Shown here in pieces: positions 50,764-64,000 of a stretch of DNA of 64,000 nt. The notes under the pieces were generated by a model. The model worked only from the letters and a program-made list of their open reading frames with translations, did no database searches and was not told where the DNA came from. The stretch is from Octopus bimaculoides (Eukaryota), in NCBI RefSeq assembly GCF_001194135.2, contig NC_068981.1:188664105-188728104 (forward strand), given 5' to 3'. Position numbers and translations under genes: made by a program. How positions within the stretch are numbered: the first letter of the stretch is position 1; each line of letters opens with the position of its first letter.

Positions 50764-51769
50764 GAGCTGTGGCCATGCTGGGGTACTGGCAATCTGTATT
50801 TAAAAAAAAAAAAAAGTCAAAATAACACTTGAGATGATTAAATTGATTTTCCACCCTTTGGCAATATTTGAACTTCATCAAAACAATTCTTGAATTTATT
50901 TCAAAGCATTGTTTAGCACATTGTAAGAACATTTTTATTTTAATAATAGAAGGATTTAAGAACCTGGTAGTTCTCACCATTTCTTAAGAAACAGAATTAA
51001 AGATGATAAAGAGAATTTTCAACACACTTAATATTTGTTTCCCCTTGAAGATTATTATTATTATTCTTAGATACACTCAATGAATGTCGTTTTTTGCTTT
51101 CAAATTTTTGTGAGCAAAATTATTAGCGATCACTCTTATAAGCTCTTCTCAGTTAATCTTTAACTCATTTTCATGTGGATTTCTTGTTTGTGAATTGTAT
51201 TTAAAACTAAAAAAAACTATGAAACAATACTGTGACCAATCTTAGAACTAAAATTTATGAATCATTAACATAACAGAGTAAAAGGACTGACATTAGAATA
51301 CAGAAGAGAACATTCATTTTGCAGCTGTATTCGTTTGACTAGTTTTAATTCCAAAGGACTAATGACCATGTTAACCCTTTTTATGACAATGTTCCTGAGG
51401 CTGCTTCTTGTTCTATGATATATAATATCTCGTTCATCTTATTTCTAAAGTGTTAATATTTGACAAAAGGCTATGGCAATGAACTGGCAGAATTGCTAAC
51501 ATGCCGAGCAAAACGCTAAGTGTCATTTCATTCATCCTTACATTCTGAGTTCAAATTCCACTGAGGGTCAACTTTGCATTTCGTCCTTTTGGGATCAGTA
51601 AAATAAATACCAGTTGAGTACTGGATTGATGCAACTGACCCTTTCTCTAAAATTGTTGACCTTTGGTTCAAATTTGAAGCCAATATTTCATTTAAGGTTC
51701 CGTCATAGTTAGGTCCCAGTTGAGTCAACTGTATCCCTTAGGGTCCATAGCCTTATAGCTTGTATTGGG

Positions 51770-52108
51770 GAATTTCAACCATGTTTCGTGGTATGCTACC
51801 ACAACAGCTCCTTTATAGGATCCAGTTAGCTCAAGACATCATCAGGAGGAACCACGTCCGGTTTCGGCCCCTACTCCTCTACCATTTTGACGTGGCGGGG
51901 CCACCCCCTTTCGGAGGTGTCTTCAGCTCTGGTGTTGGGTGCATGTCTTCTTTCACTGTTTGTGACTGTTCTAATTCAACTGTGGAATGTCCCTCGCTAT
52001 GGTTATTTTCCAGGAGGTTCTGGCCACACGTCTTACGGTTCATCAACCCGCGTTGTTGAATTACTTTCTACCGACATACCTTCCCTTGGTGGATTAGGAT
52101 CCAGTTAA
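51770..52108. repeat. Unclassified GC-rich repeat (family G), copy 2
   Basis: Homology to 32255-32438; internal direct repeat TAGGATCCAGTTA near 51816 and 52095. Confidence 0.7.
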
Positions 52109-52756
52109 TTTTTATTGTTAGTTTTTATATTTTCTGAAATGACAAAAATATTTTTGTCTAAACTTAAGCTATTTTTCTATTTATAGCTAGTTAAATTTTC
52201 TCTCATTTTATTATTCATAAATTTAATTATCTTTATTAGATTTATAGTTGTTTTTCTAGGACATTAATATTTCTACCTTCTCCAAGTTCTAAGATTACCT
52301 GACCTTTTAGAAATTTGTATTCACTATTTCATCTAGAACTTTCAACATTATTTTAATTTAATATCATATTTACTTGCTAATTTGTTTATGGTGGGTGGGT
52401 GGGGGAAGGATAACTATCAAGGTTTGCTCTTCTAAAATTTTATCAATTTTAAAATCAGTATTTTATTATTTTAGATATTCTCTAGAACACTCACATAGCT
52501 GTATATGTACTGCTAGAATATGTATTAATGTAAATAATCCTTTTATTTAAGTTAGTATTTTATTTATCGCTGAAATAATATAACAAAATGCCTTGCAATA
52601 TTTGTTCCAACCATTTGTGCTCTGAGTTCAAATAGCACTGAGGTTGACTTTGCTTTTCATCCTTGCAGGGCTGATAAAATTACAAGGTAGCGAACTGGAA
52701 GAATTGTTGTAGCATAGGAGAAAATACCTTGTGGTATTTGTTTTAACAGTTTAGAT

Positions 52757-53011
52757 CAGTGGTTCTCAGTCATTTCTTGACTATGGGCCCCTTTTGGTCC
52801 CTGCTTTAATTTAGGTGGACCCTCATAGACATTTGATGTTTAAAAACATCCCATTATATTTTTATAATTAAATATTAACAGGAATTGTAAAAAAAATGTT
52901 AGGATATTTTATGTATTGTAGAAGTATAACCAATTTCTTGCACAGAAACTTTTAACAATTTTTGTTATATGGACCGAGAAGAGCCATACAGACCCCGGTT
53001 GAGAACCACTA
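52757..53011. mobile_element. hAT (Charlie-like) MITE, copy 2
   Basis: CAGTGGTTCTCA..TTGAGAACCACTA termini; reverse-complement homology to 976-1211. Confidence 0.8.
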
Positions 53012-55045
53012 GTCTTACAATTCCACCTGGTCCTGGAGTACCTTTAACTAATGTTAATTTTATTGCAAGAACTCAGGCCAGGTTTTTGGTCTAAGGGAAA
53101 CTTCCTCACTTCTTTTCTGCTATTGTTGATGACTCTGAAAAAAAAAAAAAGAAGCTTATAGTTATATATATGTTACCCTTTCCTCCCTGAATGAGCAGTA
53201 AAAGAAAAACAGAAGCAAAAAATAAATAAATAAATAAATAAATAAAAACAAAAAAAATTACATATTATTTTCTAATGCTTTCTAAGCAACAATTTATGGC
53301 TTTAATTACTCCAATCATTTTTATTAGATTGGAAATATATTAAAATTATTCTATTTTGCTCTTAGCTCTGCTTTTGATTGTATCTTTTATCATGTCTGTT
53401 GGCCTCAGCTGACCTGTCCAGAAAACAGTTCCATTCGTACTTCACAGTTTTTAAAGAGAAATATTTCTTAATCATTATTTTGACATTAACAATAACTAAC
53501 CTATAGTGTCATGTATTCAGATGATCTATTCAAATGCATATTTTCGGAAAACTAATCCCCAGACATGCATTCTTTCTACTCATGAATGGCACTTAGCTAA
53601 ATTAATCTTCCTTTCTTCAAGTGTTAAAACTCACAATGTCTCATTTTTCATATTTCCCACTAAGTCAAGACAGCATCGAAAAGACGAGGCTTTCTTATCA
53701 GTGATGTATTTCAGCTAACATTATTACTATGCTAATATACTCTGCACTATATTATTGGTTATATTATGTAGACATATCCATATACTTGTACATCTTACTC
53801 TCCATTTTGTACGTTTCCTGTCTTATATTAAATAATTCATCTCAGCTTATATTTTCTCTTCAGCCTCTAAGCCGAAAGAATCAACTAATTCTACATTAAG
53901 TCTACAAGATATTCCTGCCTTGCACTCTTGCATGGTATAATACAGAGTTTCAAACTCTGAAACTAACCTCTAGATTAATTATTATGGTGGATGGTGGGGA
54001 TGGATAATTATCAAGGTTTACTCTTCTAAAATTTTATCAATTTTAAAATCAATATTTTATTACTTTAGATTTTCTCTTTAACACACACACACACACACAC
54101 AATTGTATATGTATTGTTAAAAAATGTGTTAATGTAAATAATCCTTTTATTTAAGTTAGTATTTTTTTTTTCGTGCGATGACAAAAGAACACCTGAGATA
54201 AACAATAACATGTTAAAAGTATTTCCAGTTGAAATCTCTCCATTGTTTCACCTAATTACTATATAATGATACAACACTGACTGTAACGTAGAACAAATGC
54301 GACCATTCAAATAGATTATTCTGTTACAAATATCAATGCATCCAACAAATGGAAATTGTAAAAATTTAAAAAATAGCAAACAAAAAATACCTAGGACTTC
54401 TGAAGTATTAGCAAAAATAAATGTAAAAAAACACTGGCTTTGTTTGATATAAGGTAAAGCTACCATTTTCAGTAGCGTAAACAAATTTTTTGCTTGCAAG
54501 CTTGCAGCTTCAGAATCTTTTGTTCAGGTTCACCTTCTTGTTGATTGAACATATGATATACTCTCAAAGCATTATGCTTGTTTTGTTTGTTCCTGCATTA
54601 GTATTTATTTAATGCTGCGTAATAACCAGCAACAAACCGAGTTTACATTTCGTTTCATTCAAAGAATTATTTGATCATTTTGGGAATACATATATGATTA
54701 ATGAACACATTTTTACACTAAGGTATAAAACACAGATAACCTCCCTAAAAAGTTTATCCCACACACCTTAACCACCTTTATGTACCTCTACATCTCCCTG
54801 CCATTCCTACATTATCCCCACTACAGGTATTTCTCATCAACTGCACCTCTTCTCTTGTTCATCTCTAGCCATCTGTTGTCACTTTCCCCTCACACACATA
54901 TGAAACCACCCACTCTCTCCTTCCCCACCTAATCCACTGTCCATGTTCTCTCTTTGGTTCACCTTTTTGAACCTTGAGGGTTTGTTCTGGCATCCCTTCA
55001 CTATCATCTTTATCTTCTTCCCAGCTACTCCCTCCCACCCTTATA

Positions 55046-55278
55046 CAGGGCATCCAAAAAGTCTCTCCGCAGTGAAGTTTTTTCATTGTGCGCATCAACA
55101 TGGTACTACTTCAAGAGTTTTTCAGTGAACGGATTATTTCAAAGAGACTTTGGCCACCAAGATAACCTGTTTTAACACCACCAGACTTTTTTTCTGGGGA
55201 GCAAGTAAAGGATCAGTGTACAAGAATCACCTGAAAACCATTAAATATTTACTGTGGAGAGACTTTTTGAACACCCGA
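55046..55278 (+). mobile_element. Internally deleted Tc1/mariner element
   Basis: About 28-bp TIRs (CAGGGCATCCAAAAAGTCTCTCCGCAGT), TA flanks, transposase remnant LWPPR*PVLTPPDFF/WGASKGSVYKN (WPPRSPDLTP.DF.LWG motif). Confidence 0.9.
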
Positions 55279-56659
55279 TATACGGTGAAGGCTTGTGGCT
55301 AAGTGGTTCAGGTATTTGGCTCAAGATTGAAAGGTTTTTTTTTTTTTAAATTCCAGGCAGTGTATTGTGTCATTCAGCGAAATGCTTTATTTTCTACAGC
55401 TTCAGTCCACTCAACTAGCATAGATGAGTTGTACCTGTATTTCAAAGAGCCAGCCTTGTCACATTGTGACATTCCAGTATAGAAAAATGAATGTTAAACG
55501 ATGATGATGATGATGATGATGATGGTGATGGGGTAAGATACAACAGTCAGTTTCCTATTACATGCTCCTGGTTTATTTCCAGTACACTCTGCTCTCCTGT
55601 TCTCTTGAGATTTTCCTAGAGGTACAGGATATATTTAATTTCAATGCAGGCACAGGCACAATTTACCCTCGGTTCACACATTGTTGAAGCCAGTCCTCCT
55701 TTGAATCCTGTATGCCTTAAGTACAGGACCATCTTCTCTTTTACCTGTAGCTGGGTGCCTTGATAGATAAGGGTGAGCAAGAGCAAACCTGAGATTGGTA
55801 TTGACTAAAGGGTAACTCCATCCTAAGCTGGAGCTTCAAACTGCATTAAAAGTAGTACTCCAGTATGACCACAAACCAGTAACAGAAATCAAAGATAAAC
55901 ACAACATTAGTTTATATGTAAATATCAACCAAAAGAAAATCTGCTTTGCTTCAACAGAAACTTTTTAATTACCAGCAATGTTAACAGAAATGTGAAATAT
56001 TCTTATATTCTTCATAACCAGATCAAAGAAATCTAACTTAATTGCATGATTGTAAGTTTAATTAAAAATGTTTTGAAACTTAAATGCTAAAATAAAGGTA
56101 GAGAAAATTATACACTATGTTAGAAACATCGACAACATCCCATTCTCAAGCAACCCAAATTCACCAAATTCTTCAAATGTTTTCTGAAGATTAATTTGGT
56201 TTGACCCATGATAGATATTCTAAATTACAAACTTGAAGACCATTTGAGAAGGCTCCTCCTACTGGAGTCAACTTCAAATATTAATATAACAAGAAGGATG
56301 TAAAGATTAAATATTTTATATCTCTTCTAACTAGTTTTAATTATAAATTCTATCTAACTACTTAATGTTTAAGAGGCAGCTAAGCAAATTGTTAGATTCC
56401 TTGAATCGCTAAAAGAGTAATCAATCTGTAAAATAGCTGTTTTGTTTACTTTGGTGAAATTCAGTTTTTTTTTCAATATAATTTTTATTGCTTATATCAA
56501 ATTTGTTATTTAATGGAGAAGATGAGATCATGATTAGATTTAGCTGAGGAATATTATCACAACAGCTAGAGATTATTAATCTGAATGCAGAGGTTAAGTT
56601 GTTCAAAGAATTAAAACTTGCAAAGAGAAATGAAAATTCAAGTTTCAACTTCAACTTGG

Positions 56660-57750
56660 ATACATATCTTTTATCATTTACTTGTTTCAGTCATTGCACT
56701 GTGGCCATACTGGGGCACTGCCTTGAAAGATGTTAGTCAAAGAAATCAACCTCTGTACTTTTTTTTTAAAGCCTGATACTTATTCTATAGGTGTCTTTAA
56801 GTTACAGGTACATAAACAAACCAATACCGGTTGTCAAGCGGGGGTGGGGGAGAACAAACACAGACACACACATAAGTATATTTATACATACATATATGAG
56901 CATGTCTAGATATGCAACAATGTGCATGAGAATACATACGTAAAACAAAACATACAAATCCGCACATATACATAAATACATACAAACAAAAACACCCTGA
57001 TGTTGATGTTGAAATTCCAATGAAAGAGCCTTGGGTCGAGGTTAGAAACCAGCTCTTTCTCTATTAGCAAGAAATTTTGGAATAAAACTGAACAATGACA
57101 TACATACATACATATATATGATGGGCTTCCTTTAGTTTTTCATTTCTTTATTGCCCACAAGGGGCTAAACATAGAGGGGACAAAAAAGGACAGACAAATG
57201 GATTGTCGATTACATTGACCCAGTGCGTAACTGGTACTTAATTTATCGACCCCAAAAGGATGAAAGGCAAAGTCAACCTCGGTGGAATTTGAACTCAGAA
57301 CGTAACGGCAGACGAAATACTGCTAAGCATTTCGCCCGGCCTGCTAACGTTTCAGCCAGCTTGCTGCCTTTCTTTAGTTTCTTATTTCTTTACTGCCCAC
57401 AAGGGGCTACACACAGAGGGGACAAACGGATTAAATTGATTATATTGACCCTAGTGCGTAACTGGTACTTATTTAATTGACCCCGAAAGGATAAAAGGCA
57501 AAGTCAACTTCGGCAGAATTTGAACTCAGAATGTGAAGACAGATGAAATACTGCTAAGCATTTTGCCCAGCATGCTAATGTTTCTGCCAGCTCACTGCCT
57601 TTCTTTAGTTTCTGTCTGCCAAATCCACTCACAACACTTTAGTTGGGTTGGAGCTTTAGTAGAAGGCACCTGTCCAAGTTGCTATGTCATAGGGATTGAA
57701 CCCAGAACCATGTAGTTGGGAAGTAAACTTTTTACCATACAGCTATGCTT
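56660..57750 (-). mobile_element. Composite: family A SINE containing a family H unit (56970-57097) and two tandem family B SINEs (about 57140-57370, 57382-57600)
   Basis: Module homologies; CTTTAGTTT repeated at all three B junctions. Confidence 0.8.
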
Positions 57751-58598
57751 GTACCTATATGCATACAGAGCCAGGACTTATATTATATTGTAGATTGTGG
57801 CCTATAAAGCTAGGAAATACAATCTTAAATTCAGCTGAGATACATAATCACTGAATGCACACAATCGGAAAAGGTAGCTGGTGCTATGTCTATATCATCA
57901 TCATCATCATCATTTAACATCCGTTGTCCAGGCTGGCATGGGTTGGACGGTTTGACTGGGCTGGCACACTAGAAGTCTGCCCCAGACTCCAGTCTGATTT
58001 AGCATGGTTTTCTATGGCTGGATGCCCTTCTTAACGCCAACCACTCTGAGAGTGTAATGGGTGCTTTTATGTGCCACTGGCATCAATGCCATTTGCGTGA
58101 AATGGGGTACATTATTCTGTATTTGCCTATACTCCTATAAACAAAACTTACTGTGTGATGAGTGGAAGTCGAGGAAAAACAAGTAAGGCCGATCCCAGCA
58201 GGACTCTCTGGTAGCAGAATACTATCTCAAGAACTCTTGGACAAAAAAAGGACATAAAAATAATGCTGATGATAATGTGTGTGCGTTTACACAGACACAC
58301 ACGCACACATTCACACATATCTAGTGAGATCTTAGGGACAATCAGAGATACAAGGAAAACGCCAATATGACAAACTGATAAATAAAAGATGAGACTAATA
58401 GCCTGGAAAATTTAAAGTTGTCACAGCAATAACTCATATATCAGAAAAATAGATTATCATATCAACTTATGAGCTTTATCAGAAAAATTGTGTAGTTTAC
58501 TTTTAGATAAATATATAATACATGTATGCATATATGTATGTATAACGTTTGTATGCGTGTGTGTATGTATGTATATATATATATATATATATATAAAT

Positions 58599-58957
58599 AG
58601 GTGTAGGAGTGGCTGTGTGGTAAATAACTTGCTTACGAACCACATGGTTCCGGGTTCAGTCCTACTGTGTGGCACCTTNNNNNNNNNNNNNNNNNNNNNN
58701 NNNNNNNNNNNNNNNNNNNNNNNNNNNNNNNNNNNNNNNNNNNNNNNNNNNNNNNNNNNNNNNNNNNNNNNNNNNNNNNNNNNNNNNNNNNNNNNNNNNN
58801 NNNNNNNNNNNNNNNNNNNNNNNNNNNNNNNNNNNNNNNNNNNNNNNNNNNNNNNNNNNNNNNNNNNNNNNNNNNNNNNNNNNNNNNNNNNNNNNNNNNN
58901 NNNNNNNNNNNNNNNNNNNNNNNNNNNNNNNNNNNNNNNNNNNNNNNNNNNNNNNNN

Positions 58958-59010
<53 letters not shown>

Positions 59011-59234
59011 GTGTGTGTATATGTTTGTGTGTCTGTGTTTGTCCCCCCAACATCGCTTGACAACCGATGCTGGTGTGTTTATGTCCCCGTAACTTAACGG
59101 TTCAGCAAAAGAGACCGATAGAATAAGTACTAGGCTTACAAAGAATAAGTCATGGGGTCAATTAGCTGAACTAAAAGGCGATGCTTCAGCATGGCCACAG
59201 TCAAAGGACTGAAACAAGTAAAAGAGTAAAGGAG
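58599..59234 (+). mobile_element. SINE family A spanning a gap (N 58679-58957)
   Basis: Head, (TA)n(TG)n, tail. Confidence 0.85.
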
Positions 59235-59268
<34 letters not shown>

Positions 59269-60182
59269 TCTTTATTCTTTTACTTGTTTCAGTCAATTGA
59301 CTGTGGCCATGCTGGAGCACCGCCTTTAGTCGAACATGATGCAAGTGACTCAGCATTCCATAGACATGTGAACCCTTGATGTAGGTTCAGTGAGATACAA
59401 AATATGACAAAGCTGGGTGTTTGAAATACAGGTATTACTTGTTTTTGCCAGTTGAGTAGATTGGTGCAATGTGAAATAAAGTGTCTTGCTCAAGGATACA
59501 ATGCACTGCTGGGAATTGAGCTCACAGCCTTACAATTGTGAGCTGAGTGCCCTAACCACTAAATCACACACCTTCACCAGGTGAGTAACTAATTTTGTAG
59601 AAGCTTCATTATTGCCTCAAATTAGAACATGCAAAATCATCAGTGAAGTATTTGAAATGGATACTTTTCTTCTTGAATGATTAATAATTTATTCTTATAC
59701 AATAACAGGCTTGCAGCAGTTGATGTATTCTGTTTACAGTTTTATATCCATCTTTTATGTGTTGACAAGGCAGCATGTTTCAGCATATGTATAACATTGC
59801 ATTTCAAATGTTTGAATGACTGCTGTTACAGTTAATTGTCTTTATTAATGTTAATCATTCAACCACAAAAATAGGAACATTTGACAGATTAAGGCCATCA
59901 GTGTAAAATAAAAATGGAATAGACGTGTGGATATGGGATTGGATTACCAACTCGTAGATAATAAATAATAATGATTATGAATGCATTGTATACAGTACTC
60001 AGGTGCACCACAATCTTGAGTTCAATTCCATTACTGGTTTTACATTTTGTAACTGAATAGTAAATTTGATTCAGCATACTACTGTTCATCCTCAAAGTAA
60101 GTGGTTAATAGAGTGGGAATGTTACTTTTGAGAGTCTGTCATTCTATCCACTGGGAGATTTATCTCCCACCTACCTAATACT

Positions 60183-60888
60183 ATCATCATCATCGTTTAA
60201 TGTCCACTTTCCATGCTGGCATGGGTTGGATAGTTTGACTGAGGACTGGCAAGCCAGGAGGCTGCATCAGGCTCCGATCTGATCTGGCAAGGTTTCTACA
60301 AATGGATGCACTTCCTAATGCCAACCACTTCAAGAATGCAATGGGTGCCTTTCACGTGCCACCGGCATAGGAGCTAGCCAGGTGACACTGACATTAGCCA
60401 TGCTCAAATAGTGCGTTTTACTTGTCACCAGCATGGGTGCCAGTCAAGCGGCAATGGTATCGGCCACGACTATGATTTCATGTGACTCAACAGGTCTTCT
60501 CAAGCACAGCACACTGCCTGATGATTGAAGGGGTACTTTTAAATGGGTCGGTTATGCAACACTGGCATTGGCCACAGCTATGATCACACTTGGCTTGCCG
60601 AGTCTTCGCAATCACAGCATATCTCCAAAAGTCTCAGTCTCTTGTCATTGCCTTTGTGAGGCCCAATGATCGATGGTCGTGCTTCACCACTTCATCCCAT
60701 GTCTTCCTGGGTCTACTTCATCCACAGGTTGCCTCCACTGTTAGGGTATGACCATACCATTGCAGTCGTCTCTCTTGCACACCACAGCTGATGCTTCTTA
60801 TGTCCAACTTTTCTCTCAGGGCACTTACACTCTGTCGTGTAAGCACACTGACATTACACATCCAGCAGAGTATACTAGCTTCATTTCT
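60183..60888 (-). pseudogene. 5'-truncated RTE-clade LINE (ORF2 C-terminus, 3' UTR, (GAT)n tail)
   Basis: RNEASILCWMCNVSVLTRQSVSALREKLDIRSISCGVQERRLQWYGH..RPRKTWDEVVKHDHRSLGLTKAMTRD*DFWRYAV is the typical RTE terminus. Confidence 0.92.
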
Positions 60889-61359
60889 TTCTTTCTATGA
60901 AGACTAGTTTTCAGTACTTGTTCCCAAAAGTTTCTCAGGAATTAAAATGCATTTCTAATTTCTATGTTTATTTTAAAGGTACAACAGAATTCCTAGTACT
61001 GGTAGTTTTTAAACACCTGAGATGATTAATTTTATGAAGGAAACTATAAAATTGTAATGATTGAGAATTAGTACAATTATATTGTAAAAGGTGTGTGTTG
61101 AAATTTTACAGCTAGCCTATCTTACAAAGATATAAATAGGTCTAAATTAGTTTTTAAAAATTACCAATTTAAAAAGGAAATTAATTAAATGGATATTGTT
61201 AATTTTATATTATTTACTATTTACATTTTATAATTTTATTATTGCAGTAATAATAAAATACTTTTTTAAAAATCAATTTTAAGTCTAAATGTAATTAAAA
61301 TTGATGTCAACATTCATCCTTTTAAAAGCCAAAACATTATGACAAGTGATTTGAATGTC

Positions 61360-61530
61360 ACAGGAAAGAATCACAAGATGGATTCTTCAAGCCATCTGAG
61401 ACCTAGGGATAAACCAAATATGAGATGGTTGGATAATATCTGTAGTCTCAGCTACATGTGCTTTGGAATCCATCTGGAAAATGTAATAGTGGTTGCCTCT
61501 GATATGATCCTACAGAGGGGGTGCCTGAGA
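61360..61530 (+). pseudogene. Old RTE/BovB-like ORF2 terminal fragment
   Basis: RPRDKPNMRWLDNI resembles R.RGR.RMRWLD.I. Confidence 0.45.
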
Positions 61531-64000
61531 ATTGTTACCCCACCCATCCCTCCCTGATCCTCCCAAGAATAATGAGTAGAGAAGGACAGGGGTTACTCAG
61601 TCATTGAATTAGCATGTCAGTGTATTTAACAGACACATGTGCTCTAAATTCAAACGGAATTAGCACGACATGGGGAATGGCATAGTTGGACATTTGAATT
61701 ACAGGTACAATCCATCCACACAGCCTCATCTGCTCAATTTTACTCCCAAGGCTTAGATCAACATGAAGCTGTGGTAAAAAAGATACTTGCCCAAGATACC
61801 ACGCAGTGGAAATGAACCTGTGACATCACGATTGCAAAGCAAACTTGTTAACTACTTGGCCGAACTGCACCAGGAAAATATTTCACAACACACACAAATG
61901 CACATTTTTATAAAACTTTCAAGAAAAAAGGGGTCCAGTAACTAAGTATGTTTTCATTCTCCCCCCCCCCCAAAAAAAAAACTACGATCATTGTCAAGCT
62001 GCATTTATTCAGAATTGTTTATTTCTTTCTCTGCCACTTTTAAAAACAACCACTTTTCTCTTCTGTATATAGCATGTGCACCAAAACACACTCTACTTTC
62101 CTCTCCTCACTCAATACCCATATGATGTTTCTACTGAAGTATTTCGTTATAAGCTTCATGCTTGTTTTCATTCCAATTTACAAACCTTCAATGGTTCATA
62201 CTAAACATACCTACAGTAGTAGTCTAGGAGAAGCTAAGGGATTGAAAAAATAAAGATTTTAGAAAAACAAATAAGACAAGCATGCCAAAATGCTTTTATG
62301 TTAGTCAAAATGATAATAATAATATGTATAATTAGTACTTTGAAGAAATGGTAGTAAATTCTTTAAAAAGTCCTCACTCCATGTAAAAATGTTTTCTGTA
62401 TATATTTTATGATTCTCAGTTCACTGGAAAATATGTAGTGAAAGATGGCAAAAATAACAAAAATGCTCCACTGAAATTCAACATGCTTCTTATCTATGAA
62501 GTTATTTCTAGAAAATTTATCTTTGTATTAGATGACCATCACAGAGAAAAATGTGGTTTTGGTGTTGTCATTGTTTGACTTTGATGTAATTTCACAATTT
62601 TCATGTTTTAAAAATGTTATTGATTTTTAACGATTATTACAATTGTTGACAAAGCCTCCGAGTCAAGGATGATTGTCCACCAGATTTAACTTCTGTGGAC
62701 CCAAATTCTGGACACAAGTGGGGTATTGAAACCGTGATCCTATGACTGCAAGTCCACTGCCCTAACCACTGGGCCATTTCACCTTCACTATCAGAAATAG
62801 TGAGGCTAAGTATTTGCAACAAATATCCCCCATCACTGCCACCATGACTACATGCTGTCAGGACTATAAGGCTAGACTCATATACTACCTTGTTAAGTAA
62901 GGACTTGTAGACATTCCATATAGATCTCGTACACTTTAGGTAGAGAACCTAAATATATATTATGATTCAAAGCTATTTATAAGCAGATTCTGGTTTGGAA
63001 CTTTCACAGCTTAATTTAATGTTTCTTTAGATGATTTTCATCTTACAACAGATCAGTTTTCAGTTTGTTTTTTAAAAATATATCTGTAATTTTATTTACT
63101 ACAACTGCTTTGTTTTACACATTTCAGTTTGTATAACTCAGTGATTGTTCTGTATCTTATGCTTGCTGTTCCCTCAAGGACTTCAGGGCTGATAGATATT
63201 ATTTTTCAGAAAAATGTTCAGCTGATTTGGAGAATGTAGACTGTTTTGTCTCACTTGAAAGTAATATGGAACCAATCACTTAAGTTAACTTGTACTACTG
63301 GCTTTATTATATAACAGTTTTAATACCTGAACAAGGCTACCATAGTTGCAATAGTTTCTCATGGTTACCTCTAGGGCCAAGTGCCAAACTTTGTTGAAAA
63401 GAGTTTTGAAATCTATAAGTCAGTCAGATGTTAAATTGGAAGTAAGTTGATGGGCAGATGCTGATAGAGCAGTAAGTAGAGATGAAAGTAAAGAAAAATT
63501 TGGATGTACTTTTCAGCTCCCTTTATTGTTAAACTATACTAATAATTTATTTAGTGGAGATTTGAATTGTTATAATTTTCTATTTTTATATCTCCTAACA
63601 AAATAGGCTGAGAATGTGAACTTTTCTGTAACTGATTTTAAGATAAAATTGCTTTTTAGTTATACTAATATCACTATAGTATTTATTGAAATTACAACTT
63701 AAAATTGTTTTACATATAAATGATATGTCTTTATTCATCTGTACAAATGGAAATAAATGAAAAAAAATAAAAATAAAAACAATTTTATTTATCTTCCCAA
63801 AATTCAGTAATGTAACATGGTTCTTTGGTTCTTCATCTCTATAACCTTTGAAAAGAGTATTTTCCATTCCTTGTCTCTCAGAACTATGAAATGAACATAA
63901 TGATAGCCTTGTAAATTCAAAGCTGGATATATGTTTAAATATCAGATAAATTATAGAGCGTATCTGAAATGAGATTTGATTTTATATATATATATATATA

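Noticed and set aside
51835-51872. Minus-strand GAAA..hairpin..CUGAUGA resembling a type II hammerhead
   Set aside because: Only 4 nt are available for stem I, stem II does not pair, and the homologue near 32320 reads CUGAUGU.
13378-59097. Long ORF-track entries rich in X, IY, HT or II repeats
   Set aside because: They run through N gaps and (TA)n/(CA)n/(AAT)n microsatellites; not coding evidence.
1-64000. CRISPR array, rRNA or bacterial operon
   Set aside because: No repeat-spacer periodicity, rRNA motifs or gene-dense sequence; the window is eukaryotic repeat-rich DNA.

Overview
AT-rich, repeat-saturated eukaryotic genomic DNA with eight N gaps, most of them at (TA)n tracts. The repeat repertoire suggests an octopus (coleoid cephalopod) short-read assembly; this is inference, no search was run. 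I recognise no intact host gene, rRNA, true tRNA or CRISPR array. The longest ORF-track entries run through N gaps or microsatellites, and the rest are unrecognised or TE remnants. Six possible plus-strand exons form an unidentified, low-confidence chain, so the window is probably mostly intronic. Contents: (1) several tRNA-headed SINE families, labelled A, B, E and F here; (2) many 3' ends of an RTE-clade LINE, one still carrying the ORF2 C-terminus; (3) at least eight decayed R4/Dong-type (restriction-like endonuclease) LINE fragments, many beside (AAT)n; (4) hAT, piggyBac and Tc1/mariner non-autonomous elements. Main finds: a complete 393-bp insertion with a 16-bp TSD (6424-6816) that is a tRNA-headed SINE carrying an intact minimal hammerhead-ribozyme motif plus an inverted copy of its tail, as in Penelope-type integration; further hammerhead-like motifs in two other repeat families; an 897-bp GC-rich insert with a 16-bp TSD inside a SINE head, encoding an unidentified ORF1-like protein; a ~555-bp headless element bounded by (AAT)n; repeated same-site SINE-into-SINE insertion; and a 141-bp inverted duplication.
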